A stretch of DNA of 64,000 bases, taken from the NCBI GenBank assembly GCA_024239035.1, contig JANBVK010000001.1:171010-235009 (forward strand), given 5' to 3'. The notes under the pieces were generated by a model. It was not told where the DNA came from and ran no database searches. It worked only from the letters and a program-made list of their open reading frames with translations. How positions within the stretch are numbered: position 1 is the stretch's first letter; every line of letters starts with the position of its first letter. The translations under genes were made by a program, and so were the position numbers. Source of the DNA: Patescibacteria group bacterium (lineage in GTDB: Bacteria > Patescibacteriota > Minisyncoccia > UBA6257 > GWB1-50-10). This document shows positions 54,676-64,000 of this stretch, piece after piece.

Positions 54676-57030
54676 CTAACCTCTTAGTCTTTTATAAATT
54701 TCTTCTTCAACTTCTTTGCGGTTCCGACCATATTTCTCTCGCGAGATTGCTTTTATCTCATCTGCAACCTCTCTATTGCCTGCATGGGCTGGGATAGTTT
54801 TAATATTAAAAGGCTTAGTTGTTTCCCCTCGTATTAAAAGTTTAACATAAGCGTTGAAATTATCTATGTTGACAAGATCTTGCTCTCCGAAAACCGGTTT
54901 AAATTGTTTAACTAAAAACTCAGCATCCAGTTCACCCACTCTAAAAGCGATTGTTGAACCCACGTTACCGAATACGGCATCTCTAATTTCTTCACTAAGC
55001 TGGCCGATAAATTGGTGGGCAATGGTTAAGTTTAGGCGATACTTCCTGGCCTCAGAGAGAATAACGGCAATGGAATCGGTAGTAAAATTCTGAAATTCAT
55101 CAATATAAAGGTTAAAATCACGCCTCTCGTCCTGAGGCATGTCAACGCGTCCCAGAGCAGCCATAAGAAGCTTACCCACAATAATCATCCCCAAAAGATT
55201 AGCATTAATATCTCCAATTTTCCCTTTAGAAAGATTAACTAATAAAATTTTTCCCTCGTCCATCACAGAACGGAAATTAAAAGCAGATTTAGTCTGACTA
55301 ATAATAACCCGCATATAGTCATTGGCCGTGAAATTATTGAACTTAGAAGTAATGTAGGGAGTCATATTTGCCAATGATGCTTCCCCTCCAGCTTTTACCG
55401 CTTCTTTCTTCCAAAAATCAATAACGGCGGGATTATTAATGCGTTCCAATTTACGCTCCCTAAAATCGGCGTCGGTGAATACCCGCGACACCTCCATTAG
55501 AGTAGCGGGTTCTTCTGTAGAATCTTCCATTAAAAGCAAAAGCGCATTCCTCATATATTGTTCAAACATAGGTCCCATTGTTTCAGCGGCAAAAAGTTTG
55601 TTAAACATGTTCTGCATCTCATTTACAATAAATGTCTTCTCTTCCGGCCGTTTGAGGTCGTATTCGATTATATTCAAACCTGATGGCCTATCAATATCTC
55701 CCGGATTAAATACAATCACGTCCTTAAAACGCTTCTTCGGAATTAAACTCAAAATATCTTCCGTAAAGTCCCCGTGAGGATCGAGTACCGCTACTCCTTT
55801 GTCGTTACTAACGTCATCAATTACCATGTTAGTTAGCAAGTTAGATTTCCCGGTTCCGGTCTGGCCGACAATATAGATATGGCGCCGACGATCCTCATTG
55901 CCGACACGTATCTTTTTTACTTCACCGCGATAAACGCTCTCGCCGATCAAAACACCTTTCTCCGGCAAATTAGAAGGAGGTGGCGCTTCTTTAGATTTTA
56001 ACTCTTTAATCTTCGGAATATCTGTAAAAGGCGTCGGAAAGTGAAATATACTCGCAAGCTCTTCGCTGTTTAAAACCATTGCTTGTTTGCTGTTAAATTC
56101 ACGAAAAGAAAACCGGTGAACCAAATTCTTAACATTCCTGGATCGTACAAGTTTAAATCCGTTGCGCTCCGGCGCGCTGAACTGAGAAAAACCAGCCGCA
56201 ATGCTACCCAGAATACTATCTGCTTGACTCTGGCTTGGCGCTGAAGAAACCACACGCACGTTAACTTCAAAAAAAGGTTTTGATAATTTCAGCTCTAGTG
56301 CTTTAACGGCTTGCTCATCAACCAGTTTTTCATAACCTTCCTCTTCTTTTTTAGGTTTAGGTGAGATTGCTGCGGTAACATCAGATAAAGAAACTGATAA
56401 AGGATGACGTAGGACATAATCCAGTCTATTTCCTTTCTTTAGAAATCTTAAAGCTACTTGGGTTTCTTTTTTATAGGCGCGGGTGGCCGGGCGAACAATA
56501 AATTGAAGAGCCGCTCCTTCTCCTAGTTCGTTAATTTTTGTAAAACCTCCTAAAAGTGGCGAGAAAGTGTCTGCGTCAAACTCTTGATACGTCCGAATGG
56601 GTAAAACAAAACGTTTTTTAAGGTCTAACCAAGCGCCTAACGTTACGCCCGAATAATTAAAGATATTATAGTCCTCTACTGCTCTCACTTCAGCGTCATT
56701 CCAGAGAGATTGGACTTGACGAACAAATGATTCACTAAGAGAACTCTGAACAGCAATAAAAAAATGAATTTCCTCACCTATGTAAGGAACTGCTACCTCA
56801 AATACGAATGGTTTTTTGAAAGCGGCGAGAGCACTGAAAAGCTGTTCGGTAACGTTAATTTCTTGCTTTAAATCTTTTCCTTCTTTACTTACCCACGGCA
56901 TTCGAACTAAAAACAGTTTTAGTTGTAATGTCTCCAGGATTCTCTTTTTACGAATTATCCGTCCTACAAAGTAAAAAACAACGCCGAACCCGAGCACTAT
57001 CAAGACAATTATGAGAACAGAAAGGGGCAT
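54676..57030 (-). CDS. Membrane-anchored VirB4/TraG/HerA-like ATPase
   Basis: N-terminal TM; DRRRHIYIVGQTGTGKS, DPHGD, LYIDEFQN and LSEARKY motifs. Confidence 0.85.
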   Translation of the reverse strand: MPLSVLIIVLIVLGFGVVFYFVGRIIRKKRILETLQLKLFLVRMPWVSKEGKDLKQEINVTEQLFSALAAFKKPFVFEVAVPYIGEEIHFFIAVQSSLSESFVRQVQSLWNDAEVRAVEDYNIFNYSGVTLGAWLDLKKRFVLPIRTYQEFDADTFSPLLGGFTKINELGEGAALQFIVRPATRAYKKETQVALRFLKKGNRLDYVLRHPLSVSLSDVTAAISPKPKKEEEGYEKLVDEQAVKALELKLSKPFFEVNVRVVSSAPSQSQADSILGSIAAGFSQFSAPERNGFKLVRSRNVKNLVHRFSFREFNSKQAMVLNSEELASIFHFPTPFTDIPKIKELKSKEAPPPSNLPEKGVLIGESVYRGEVKKIRVGNEDRRRHIYIVGQTGTGKSNLLTNMVIDDVSNDKGVAVLDPHGDFTEDILSLIPKKRFKDVIVFNPGDIDRPSGLNIIEYDLKRPEEKTFIVNEMQNMFNKLFAAETMGPMFEQYMRNALLLLMEDSTEEPATLMEVSRVFTDADFRERKLERINNPAVIDFWKKEAVKAGGEASLANMTPYITSKFNNFTANDYMRVIISQTKSAFNFRSVMDEGKILLVNLSKGKIGDINANLLGMIIVGKLLMAALGRVDMPQDERRDFNLYIDEFQNFTTDSIAVILSEARKYRLNLTIAHQFIGQLSEEIRDAVFGNVGSTIAFRVGELDAEFLVKQFKPVFGEQDLVNIDNFNAYVKLLIRGETTKPFNIKTIPAHAGNREVADEIKAISREKYGRNRKEVEEEIYKRLRG

Positions 57031-57050
57031 GTGAAAATCTCTGCGAAACT

Positions 57051-57470
57051 CTATTTGAGTATTCCTTTCTTCTTTAGCTCCGGTAATAATTTATCTACCA
57101 GAGCATCATGAAATGCGTCTTCAATAAAGGGTGAATGCTTGCTAGCCTCTTTAAGAGCCTTCTCGAGGCCTTTGTGGAAGACCAAATCCACCAAGCGCTC
57201 AACCTCGAGTTTAACCCGACTATCTACGCCTTCACCTTGGAGATATGTTGGTAGTAACTCGCTTTCACCGGCCGAAGGAACGTCCTCGGGTGGCGTACCA
57301 CCGTTATCTTTAGTGGTCACTGAGCTAGAGAAGGACTTAATGGATCGCTTAACCAGTTCCCGTTCTGGAAGTGCTTTAGTCTCAGAGTGCTGTCTCTCTG
57401 TTTCAATTTGCTGCCCAAGTCTCTCTAAACTTCTCTCAAGCTCTTCGTGAAAATTTCTGACTTTAACCAT
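57051..57470 (-). CDS. Hypothetical protein
   Basis: Open frame ending DAFHDALVDKL. ATG 57470 preferred because the longer start lies inside a hairpin element. Confidence 0.7.
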   Translation of the reverse strand: MVKVRNFHEELERSLERLGQQIETERQHSETKALPERELVKRSIKSFSSSVTTKDNGGTPPEDVPSAGESELLPTYLQGEGVDSRVKLEVERLVDLVFHKGLEKALKEASKHSPFIEDAFHDALVDKLLPELKKKGILK

Positions 57471-57489
57471 GCTAATGTTGTCTAAATTT

Positions 57490-57656
57490 AAGAGTTTTGT
57501 AAATAAATTTACACCCGCCCGCCTTGACTTCGCCACGTCAAGTTCATTTTTTTGACTGACGGGAACGTTAATAAGATATAACCATTAATTTTCATTTTCA
57601 GTCAAGGCGAAGTCGGGCGTGGTCGCCTCTGGCTCGAAAATTTAAACAAAACTCTT
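57490..57656. repeat. Nested imperfect inverted repeat in the divergent intergenic region
   Basis: Arm pairs aagagttttgt/acaaaactctt, cgccc/gggcg, gacttcgcc/ggcgaagtc and ttgactga/tcagtcaa. Confidence 0.6.
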
Positions 57657-57672
57657 TATAATTATAGAGTAA

Positions 57673-59169
57673 ATGAGCCCCCATTGGAAAATAACAACTC
57701 TTGTCTTCATAATTTTTCTCGCTTTATTTTTCAGGTTGTTTGACCTAAAAAACACTCCGCCTGGTCTTTATCCCGACGAAGCGATGAACGGGAACAACGC
57801 TGTGGAAGCACTCGAGGAGACTTCGCCAACCGGCGGATTCAAGGTATTCTATCCTGAAAACAACGGCCGCGAAGGACTCTTTATGAACATCCAGGCCGGC
57901 TTTTTGAGTCTTACAAAACTTATAAGTCCCGGGGGCCTCATTAATGAGCCGTGGGCTCTAAGACTGCCAAGCGCACTTTTCGGAATACTTACGGTACTGG
58001 GAGTATTCTTTTTAACCAAAGAATTATTTGGAAATTATGAAATTGCTCTCCTTGCCTCCTTTCTAATTGCGATCTCATTCTGGCATATTAATTTCTCCCG
58101 CATTGGTTTTCGTGCCATTATGGCACCGGCGTTTCTCACATGGGCACTATATTTTCTGCTGCTCTCTCTCCGAAAAAACAGCAAGTGGTTTCTGCCAGCT
58201 CTTGGAGGACTAATCTACGGCCTTGGTATGCATTCCTACATCGCCTATCGGGCCACACCGCTTTTAATAGTCCTCGGGTTTTGGTTTTTAACTTTTAGGT
58301 ATGGCTGGAAAAGTGTTTTGAGAATAGGGGCGATATTTACTTTGGCTGCAATAATTGTCTTTCTGCCTCTTGGATTTTACTTCTTGGATAATCCTCAAGA
58401 TTTCTTCGGCAGAACAAGTCAAATTTCAATCTTCAGTTCCGCCACGCTTTTTAAAGATTTGAGTATCAACGTTCTAAAAACTGCCGGGATGTTTAATATA
58501 AGCGGCGACTGGAACTGGCGGCACAATATTGCCGGCCAACCGCTGCTCTTCTGGCCGGTAGGAATATTGTTTTTGGTCGGTGTGCTCTTCGGGTTACGAG
58601 CGGTGTTTAGGAAGGTGTCCCGCAGCGTTCCTCGAGAACAATACTTGCAATCCTATATATTGCTTTTTTCGTGGCTCATTGTTGCTGCTCTCCCGGTAGT
58701 TATCTCCAACGAAGGTCTCCCCCACGCTCTCCGCGCCATTATAATGATTCCTCCGGTTTTTATCCTCGCCGCAATCGGCGGACGCGAGGTATACAACTGG
58801 TTATCAAAAAAAATATCAAAACGAATCCTACTCAACACTACCTACACACTGCTTGCCCTACTCATCATCGAAGCCTACGTCAGCTATTTCATAATTTGGG
58901 GAAGAAACCCCGAAGTTGCCGGATCATTTAACCAAAACTATGTTGAAATTGGACGTGAATTAAACAACCTGCCTCAAGAATTACCAAAATATGTCTTAGT
59001 TGAAGCAAGAGGTACTGATGTCCGGGGGATTCCTATGCCCACCCAAACTGTAATGTTTATCACCGACACCTTCTCGCTGGAAAAACAACAAGAGAAAAAT
59101 ATTCATTACGTGCTACCTTCTGACGTTGCTACTATCCCTCCGGGAAGCTTCGTTGTAACGCTTAATTAA
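57673..59169 (+). CDS. ArnT/PMT-family (GT-C) membrane glycosyltransferase
   Basis: PPGLYPDEA, ALRLPSALFG and WHINFSR motifs; many TM helices; TATAAT at 57657-57662. Confidence 0.85.
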   Translation: MSPHWKITTLVFIIFLALFFRLFDLKNTPPGLYPDEAMNGNNAVEALEETSPTGGFKVFYPENNGREGLFMNIQAGFLSLTKLISPGGLINEPWALRLPSALFGILTVLGVFFLTKELFGNYEIALLASFLIAISFWHINFSRIGFRAIMAPAFLTWALYFLLLSLRKNSKWFLPALGGLIYGLGMHSYIAYRATPLLIVLGFWFLTFRYGWKSVLRIGAIFTLAAIIVFLPLGFYFLDNPQDFFGRTSQISIFSSATLFKDLSINVLKTAGMFNISGDWNWRHNIAGQPLLFWPVGILFLVGVLFGLRAVFRKVSRSVPREQYLQSYILLFSWLIVAALPVVISNEGLPHALRAIIMIPPVFILAAIGGREVYNWLSKKISKRILLNTTYTLLALLIIEAYVSYFIIWGRNPEVAGSFNQNYVEIGRELNNLPQELPKYVLVEARGTDVRGIPMPTQTVMFITDTFSLEKQQEKNIHYVLPSDVATIPPGSFVVTLN

Positions 59170-59193
59170 TGTGATTGTCAGATTCTATAAATA

Positions 59194-60513
59194 TTAGAGT
59201 CCTTCAATTTTTATAGAACCTACGGGATTACTTACGCCCGTCGCGCTTGAGTACTTACTACCCGGATTAGTAAGCGGCCCTTCTTCTCCCGATCCGCCGG
59301 ACCAGTCGGTTTGGTTAAAAACTCTATTACTCCAACGAGTAATGTAATCAACTATTTTAACCTGACCCACTGCGCTTCCTGCTCCTGGCCATTCAACGTA
59401 TGTGGTAATTTTCTGGGTTGAAGGATCATCGTCGCCACCCGATGCGACGATATTCCCACTGCTGTCCCGGTTCACATTTTCCAGGTTTAAGTATCTTGTA
59501 AAAACCGTACTGCCATAGAGCCGGTTTATCTCATCAGCTGAAAGGGCACGGTTGTAAACACGAACGTCGTCAATGAGGCCTTGCCACATATCGACGGAAA
59601 AATCACTTCTACCAACTCTAAAATTATTACTGTCGTCAAAAGACCCATCCACCGTCCCCGAACCATCAGTTACACCGTTCAAATACACCATCATCGTAGT
59701 ACCAGACCTCACTGCAGCAACATAGTACCACTGATTCAAACCCAGAGAAGTATTCCCGATCGTATCGTTTTGTGGGGTTAATCTGTCTCTAAATATAAGT
59801 CTCCCAGGATTGGCAGCATTAATTCCAAATCTCCAACCAGTTGTATCAACTGCACTATTGTCTTTTGCTAAAATCCAAGCCCAACCACTCACGTTAGCGC
59901 TATAAACCCACGCTGACAAAGTAAAATCATTGCTGCCGAAATCAAGCACACCGCTTGATGGATCACCTACATCAACTCCATCATTAACCCCGTCAAAATC
60001 CAAACAGTGGCTCACCTGACATGTTGACGTCGCTCTCGATGTGCCGCCGACAAGTGTCCCATTATTGCTATTACCTGAGGCATCATACGTAGTGGTACTC
60101 GCCGTACTCGTCGCCTCATCAAATTTCCAATGCCCGACCAACCCACTTGAAATATCATCACCCAAAACTCCTTCCTTCCCCTCTAGAATAATCAGTTCTG
60201 TACCGGAAGCATTTATAAAATACGCCGTACTCGTCCCTTTGGTTAGTCCGTAAACGTTCTGCCAATCAGCAGAAGAAACCGAACGTGCCCTTTCAACTAG
60301 ATCCCGCGTGAGTCCTGAGGCGCTCTGCAATTTCTGGTTCGCGGTGCTTGAGCGAAGAACAAAAGCAATGCTTAAACTTGCAGTACCAATCAAAATCGCA
60401 CCGATAGCAAGAGCAATCATAATTTCTATGAGTGATTGACCGGCTTGACCCTTGGCTGATAACCAATGACTAATGACTGTTCTCTTTTGTTGTTGTGTTT
60501 TGTTATTTGTCAT
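59194..60513 (-). CDS. Type IV pilin-like protein with an inserted LamG (ConA-like) domain
   Basis: GQSLIE plus hydrophobic helix; GLVGHWKFDE...LDFDG...FTLSAW...GLIDDVRVYNRALS. Confidence 0.82.
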   Translation of the reverse strand: MTNNKTQQQKRTVISHWLSAKGQAGQSLIEIMIALAIGAILIGTASLSIAFVLRSSTANQKLQSASGLTRDLVERARSVSSADWQNVYGLTKGTSTAYFINASGTELIILEGKEGVLGDDISSGLVGHWKFDEATSTASTTTYDASGNSNNGTLVGGTSRATSTCQVSHCLDFDGVNDGVDVGDPSSGVLDFGSNDFTLSAWVYSANVSGWAWILAKDNSAVDTTGWRFGINAANPGRLIFRDRLTPQNDTIGNTSLGLNQWYYVAAVRSGTTMMVYLNGVTDGSGTVDGSFDDSNNFRVGRSDFSVDMWQGLIDDVRVYNRALSADEINRLYGSTVFTRYLNLENVNRDSSGNIVASGGDDDPSTQKITTYVEWPGAGSAVGQVKIVDYITRWSNRVFNQTDWSGGSGEEGPLTNPGSKYSSATGVSNPVGSIKIEGL

Positions 60514-60530
60514 AAATTATCAGTCATTTG

Positions 60531-61631
60531 TTATTTTAAATCGTTGTAATGATTTAAAATCTCCTCCGCGCTAAGCGCACGATTGTAGATACGGACTTCA
60601 TCAATGCGACCGTTAAAATTCTCTGTAGCTCCTTCGCCACCAATACGTGGAGTAAATACAGAAAACGACCCACTTTTCGTTGAAGATGCCACCGCGCTGC
60701 CATCAACGTACAAGACAGCAATCGAACTATCATACGTTCCCACCACATAATGCCATGCTCCATTGATATTCGTGGTGTACGTTATCGGGTTAAAAGGATC
60801 GTTACATTGTCCACCAAAAGCAAGGTTATTATTGGAAAACCCGAACAAAACGTTTCCACAACCGCCCACCACAATGTCATCCCAATCAGAAGTTGAATTA
60901 TGGAAAACCCACGCCGAAACAGTCACAGCATCCGCATAAGGTTGAGAAGCGCCTAATTGAATATAATCATTCACCCCATCAAAACTCAAACACTCCCCAG
61001 CTTTACAATTTGAACTTGTCTGCCATGTCGGACCATTGGTTAATGTACCGGTGTTACCAAAACCCGAAGAATCATAGGATTTAGTACTCGTCGCCTCATC
61101 AAAATGCCAGTAACCGACGACACCAGTCTCCAATCTGGTCGTAATTTTACCTTGGGGGAGCATAGTAACGTCTCCCACTAAGTTATCCCGTCTCTGGCTA
61201 ACAAGGGAGATAATTCTCGTCTCCCCAAGTTTTCCGCTTATGGGATTGAAAATCGCATCCACATTTAATCCGTCACTGGGATTACCAAACGCAACACCAC
61301 GCTTTAAGGGATATAAACTATTCACCGTGCCTGAGGCATAACTCACCCCGCTAAAAACCTCATATGAATGAATAGTGCTTGTTGAGTTTATAAAACGCAG
61401 ACCCCACCGTTTACCGTCTTGTTCTGTAATTGAACGTCTCTGGACGTCTTTTATTACCGCTGCCAACTCGCTCATGGTAAGCCTAACATTCTGGCTGCCT
61501 TTATAACTTGTGAATGCAAAAAAACCGACCGTTGAGACGGTTACAAGCACAGCAATAGCGATAAGAATTTCAATTAACGTAAATGCCGATTTCTTATAAA
61601 TTTTAGAACGAAGTGATGAAAATTTATCCAT
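60531..61631 (-). CDS. Type IV pilin-like protein with a C-terminal LamG domain
   Basis: AFTLIEIL prepilin motif; GVVGYWHFDE...FNGRIDEVRIYNRALS. Confidence 0.85.
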   Translation of the reverse strand: MDKFSSLRSKIYKKSAFTLIEILIAIAVLVTVSTVGFFAFTSYKGSQNVRLTMSELAAVIKDVQRRSITEQDGKRWGLRFINSTSTIHSYEVFSGVSYASGTVNSLYPLKRGVAFGNPSDGLNVDAIFNPISGKLGETRIISLVSQRRDNLVGDVTMLPQGKITTRLETGVVGYWHFDEATSTKSYDSSGFGNTGTLTNGPTWQTSSNCKAGECLSFDGVNDYIQLGASQPYADAVTVSAWVFHNSTSDWDDIVVGGCGNVLFGFSNNNLAFGGQCNDPFNPITYTTNINGAWHYVVGTYDSSIAVLYVDGSAVASSTKSGSFSVFTPRIGGEGATENFNGRIDEVRIYNRALSAEEILNHYNDLK

Positions 61632-61660
61632 AAAAATCGAGCACCTCCCCTCCTTTCTCT

Positions 61661-62872
61661 TTAAAACTGCGTAGTCAACTGATAAATCGGGACAATAATG
61701 GCAAGCGCAATCAGACCAATCACAAGACCAATAAAGAGAAGGAGGGCCGGCTCCAAAAATGAAACCAATGTCTTTAAGGAACTGTCAATTTCGCTGGTGT
61801 AAAAGTCAGCGAGCGTGCCCAAAACTTCTTCAATATGACCCGCTTTTTCAGATATCGCCATTAAATTTACTATTGTCCTTGGGAAAAACGGCTCTTTCTT
61901 AAAAGCCTGACCCACAGTTAAACCTTTCAATAATCCCTCGCGAGAAATTCTAAGCAGGGCCCGCCTAAGCTCAACATGACCCACTGTCTCAGCAGTAATC
62001 TCAAGAGCATCTGTTAAAGGCATTCCTGCTCTAATTAAAGAGGAGAGAGTTGCAGCAAAACGCTGAAGAGCGATCTTATTAACAATGTCTTTAATAAGAG
62101 GGATTTCACTAACAATAGTAGAAATAAATCTTTTAAATAGAAGAGAGGAACGATATGCAATAAATAAAGCAATTGCTCCTACTATGGCGGCGACAAGAAT
62201 AAGGATGCCGAACTTTCCAAAAAATAATCCAACACCGAAAACAATTCTAGAAAAGAGAGGTGGTTCGAAACCCGATTCTAAAAATACGCCGGCAATCCTT
62301 GGCAAAGCGAAAGTAACCAAAAAAATCAAAATCAAAACCGAGGTAGCCAAAAGAAGAATAGGATAAACAAGTGCGCTCCGCACTTGATCTTTAAGCTTTT
62401 TCTCCTTACTCAATGAACCCGTAAGATTATCAAAAATCTTCTCTAAATTACCCGATGTCTCCCCTGCTTTAACCAAATTAATATATACCTGGCTGAAAAC
62501 CTTGGGATGACGGGCAAATGTTAAGTAAAAAGGCAGTCCTTTCTCAAGATTAGAACGAATCTCTATTAAAAATGACCGGAGAGAGGCTTTCTGGAAATCC
62601 TCAATCAAAATATTAATCGCCTGGAGAAGACTGGTGCCGATCTTCAGCATTAAAGTCAAATATTTAGAAAGGAAAATCTGATCGGTTAAATTTATCCGAC
62701 CTCCAAATAATGTGGAGAAACGTTTTTTAACATCCTTTTTTAAGGGTTTAACGCTTACTGGTTTTAAATTACGCGAAGTTAAGAAACTTAAAACCTCAGC
62801 CACGTCTTTGGCGTCCATCTCACCCTCAACAACTTTACCATCCGTTTGTGAAGCTATGTATTTAAACTGCAT
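61661..62872 (-). CDS. pilC: Type IV pilus/T2SS platform protein PilC/GspF
   Basis: AGETSGNL, SALVYP and LEP...PIY motifs; next to pilB. Confidence 0.9.
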   Translation of the reverse strand: MQFKYIASQTDGKVVEGEMDAKDVAEVLSFLTSRNLKPVSVKPLKKDVKKRFSTLFGGRINLTDQIFLSKYLTLMLKIGTSLLQAINILIEDFQKASLRSFLIEIRSNLEKGLPFYLTFARHPKVFSQVYINLVKAGETSGNLEKIFDNLTGSLSKEKKLKDQVRSALVYPILLLATSVLILIFLVTFALPRIAGVFLESGFEPPLFSRIVFGVGLFFGKFGILILVAAIVGAIALFIAYRSSLLFKRFISTIVSEIPLIKDIVNKIALQRFAATLSSLIRAGMPLTDALEITAETVGHVELRRALLRISREGLLKGLTVGQAFKKEPFFPRTIVNLMAISEKAGHIEEVLGTLADFYTSEIDSSLKTLVSFLEPALLLFIGLVIGLIALAIIVPIYQLTTQF

Positions 62873-62886
62873 ACCTAAACGTTATT

Positions 62887-64000
62887 TTACTCTCTTATCA
62901 CTCTAAACAGTTCTTCAACCGTTGTTAACCCCAGCTCGACCTTTTTTAAGCCGTCTTCAAACAAAGTTATCATCCCCTCTTGATGGGCAATTTTTTTTAA
63001 ACTATCCAAATTAAATGCCGGGTCAATAATAAGTTTCCGAATCGGCTCAGTTACATTCAAAACCTCATAAATACCCGTTCTTCCCGAATAGCCAGTGTAA
63101 TTATCAGCCGCACAGCCCTTACCCCGATAAAAGGTTTTAGGTAATTTAAAGGTTTCAGTGTTCACGCCTATCTCATTTAGCGTCTTCTTAATCGTGGAGA
63201 GTACACCCTGATCAGGAACATAAGATTCAATACAATCTAGATGGATCCGACGGGCCAAACGCTGGGAACTTACTGCATTCAAAACAGCGGCCACTAGAAA
63301 GGGTGGTATACCCATATCAATCAAACGAGGAATGGCCGTCGGTGCATCATTGGTGTGCAAACTCGATAACACTAAGTGACCCGTGAGCGCCGACTGCACT
63401 GCAATATCAGCAGTTTCTTTGTCGCGAATTTCCCCAATCATAATAATATTAGGGTCCTGCCTTAGAATTGAACGAAGACCCGTTTCAAATGTGATGCCGG
63501 CCGTTGCATTAACCTGCACTTGATTAACATAACGCATGTCATATTCAATTGGGTCCTCTATTGTAACAATATTGACCTCGGGACGATTCAAAATATTCAT
63601 AATTGAGTAAAGAGTGGTGGTTTTACCAGAGCCGGTAGGACCGCAAGCTAATACCATTCCATAACTTTTCTTAATTGCTTCCTGAATAACTTTAACCGTC
63701 CCCTCGAACATACCCAATTCAGCTAAAGAAAGTGGCTTTTGAGCGGCTGAAAGAAGTCTTAACTCTATTTTCTCGCCATAAAAAGTCGGGATTATCGAAA
63801 CCCTAATGTCAACAATGTCATCCCCAATTTTATAACGGAACCTGCCGTCTTGAGGATGGGTATGCTCATCAACCCGAAGACGGGATAATATTTTCATTCT
63901 TGCAACCACCGCCGGGTGAATCTCTTTAGGCATCCTGATAACTTCATGTAAAACGCCGTCAACACGATAACGAATTAAAATTCCGTCATCCAAAACCTCA
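62887..64000 (-). CDS. pilB: Type IV pilus assembly ATPase PilB/GspE (5' end outside the window)
   Basis: RYRVDGVL, PQDGR, GPTGSGKTTTLY, TIEDPIEY, LRQDPN..IGEIRD and TGHLV motifs; frame is open to the window edge. Confidence 0.92.
   Translation of the reverse strand, partial: EVLDDGILIRYRVDGVLHEVIRMPKEIHPAVVARMKILSRLRVDEHTHPQDGRFRYKIGDDIVDIRVSIIPTFYGEKIELRLLSAAQKPLSLAELGMFEGTVKVIQEAIKKSYGMVLACGPTGSGKTTTLYSIMNILNRPEVNIVTIEDPIEYDMRYVNQVQVNATAGITFETGLRSILRQDPNIIMIGEIRDKETADIAVQSALTGHLVLSSLHTNDAPTAIPRLIDMGIPPFLVAAVLNAVSSQRLARRIHLDCIESYVPDQGVLSTIKKTLNEIGVNTETFKLPKTFYRGKGCAADNYTGYSGRTGIYEVLNVTEPIRKLIIDPAFNLDSLKKIAHQEGMITLFEDGLKKVELGLTTVEELFRVIRE

Noticed and set aside
21209-57030. Conjugative element or prophage implied by the VirB4-like ATPases
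   Set aside because: No relaxase, integrase, other T4SS or phage genes; the ATPases sit among housekeeping genes.
3955-57536. Longest-ORF starts at 3975, 7474, 17715, 47631 and 57536
   Set aside because: They overlap upstream genes or hairpins; downstream ATGs match paralog or orthologue N-termini and the stop-start overlaps.
737-62906. Many short plus-strand and nested ORFs in the track
   Set aside because: They are shadows of well-supported minus-strand genes and carry no recognisable motifs.
1-64000. Recoded TGA (genetic code 25 or selenocysteine)
   Set aside because: Conserved genes are full length under code 11, and TGA terminates them at the expected ends.

Overview
This 64-kb window comes from a reduced-genome bacterium, most likely Patescibacteria/CPR (Parcubacteria-like). 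That call is inferred from the compact rpoB/uvrA/uvrC, the sigma70-r4/HARE-HTH protein, the VirB4/TraG-like ATPases and the LamG pilins; TGA is used as a stop. Almost every gene is on the minus strand. The first 21 kb is a tightly coupled tandem array of at least 12 paralogous, very Cys-rich proteins of 550-600 aa (11 complete, 1 cut by the window edge) plus a 40-aa remnant. Each is built as zinc-ribbon module / two Cys-ladder repeat units / zinc-ribbon module. A leucyl aminopeptidase gene sits inside the array and a perfect 34-bp palindrome sits at its head. The rest is housekeeping and envelope genes: secDF, P-type ATPase, uvrABC, rpsF-ssb-rpsR, rpoBC, mltG-rodA, tpiA, galT-GT2-GtrA, an ArnT-like GT and type IV pilus genes. 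Overlaid on all of this are small palindromic repeats (about 18 copies of one bulged-hairpin family, plus other families) inserted in frame inside genes, including uvrB, uvrC and tpiA, and several MITE-like intergenic hairpins, one of which appears to have rebuilt the tpiA start codon. No rRNA, tRNA, CRISPR array, transposase, integrase or reverse transcriptase was recognised. All family assignments come from motif recognition by eye, not database searches.
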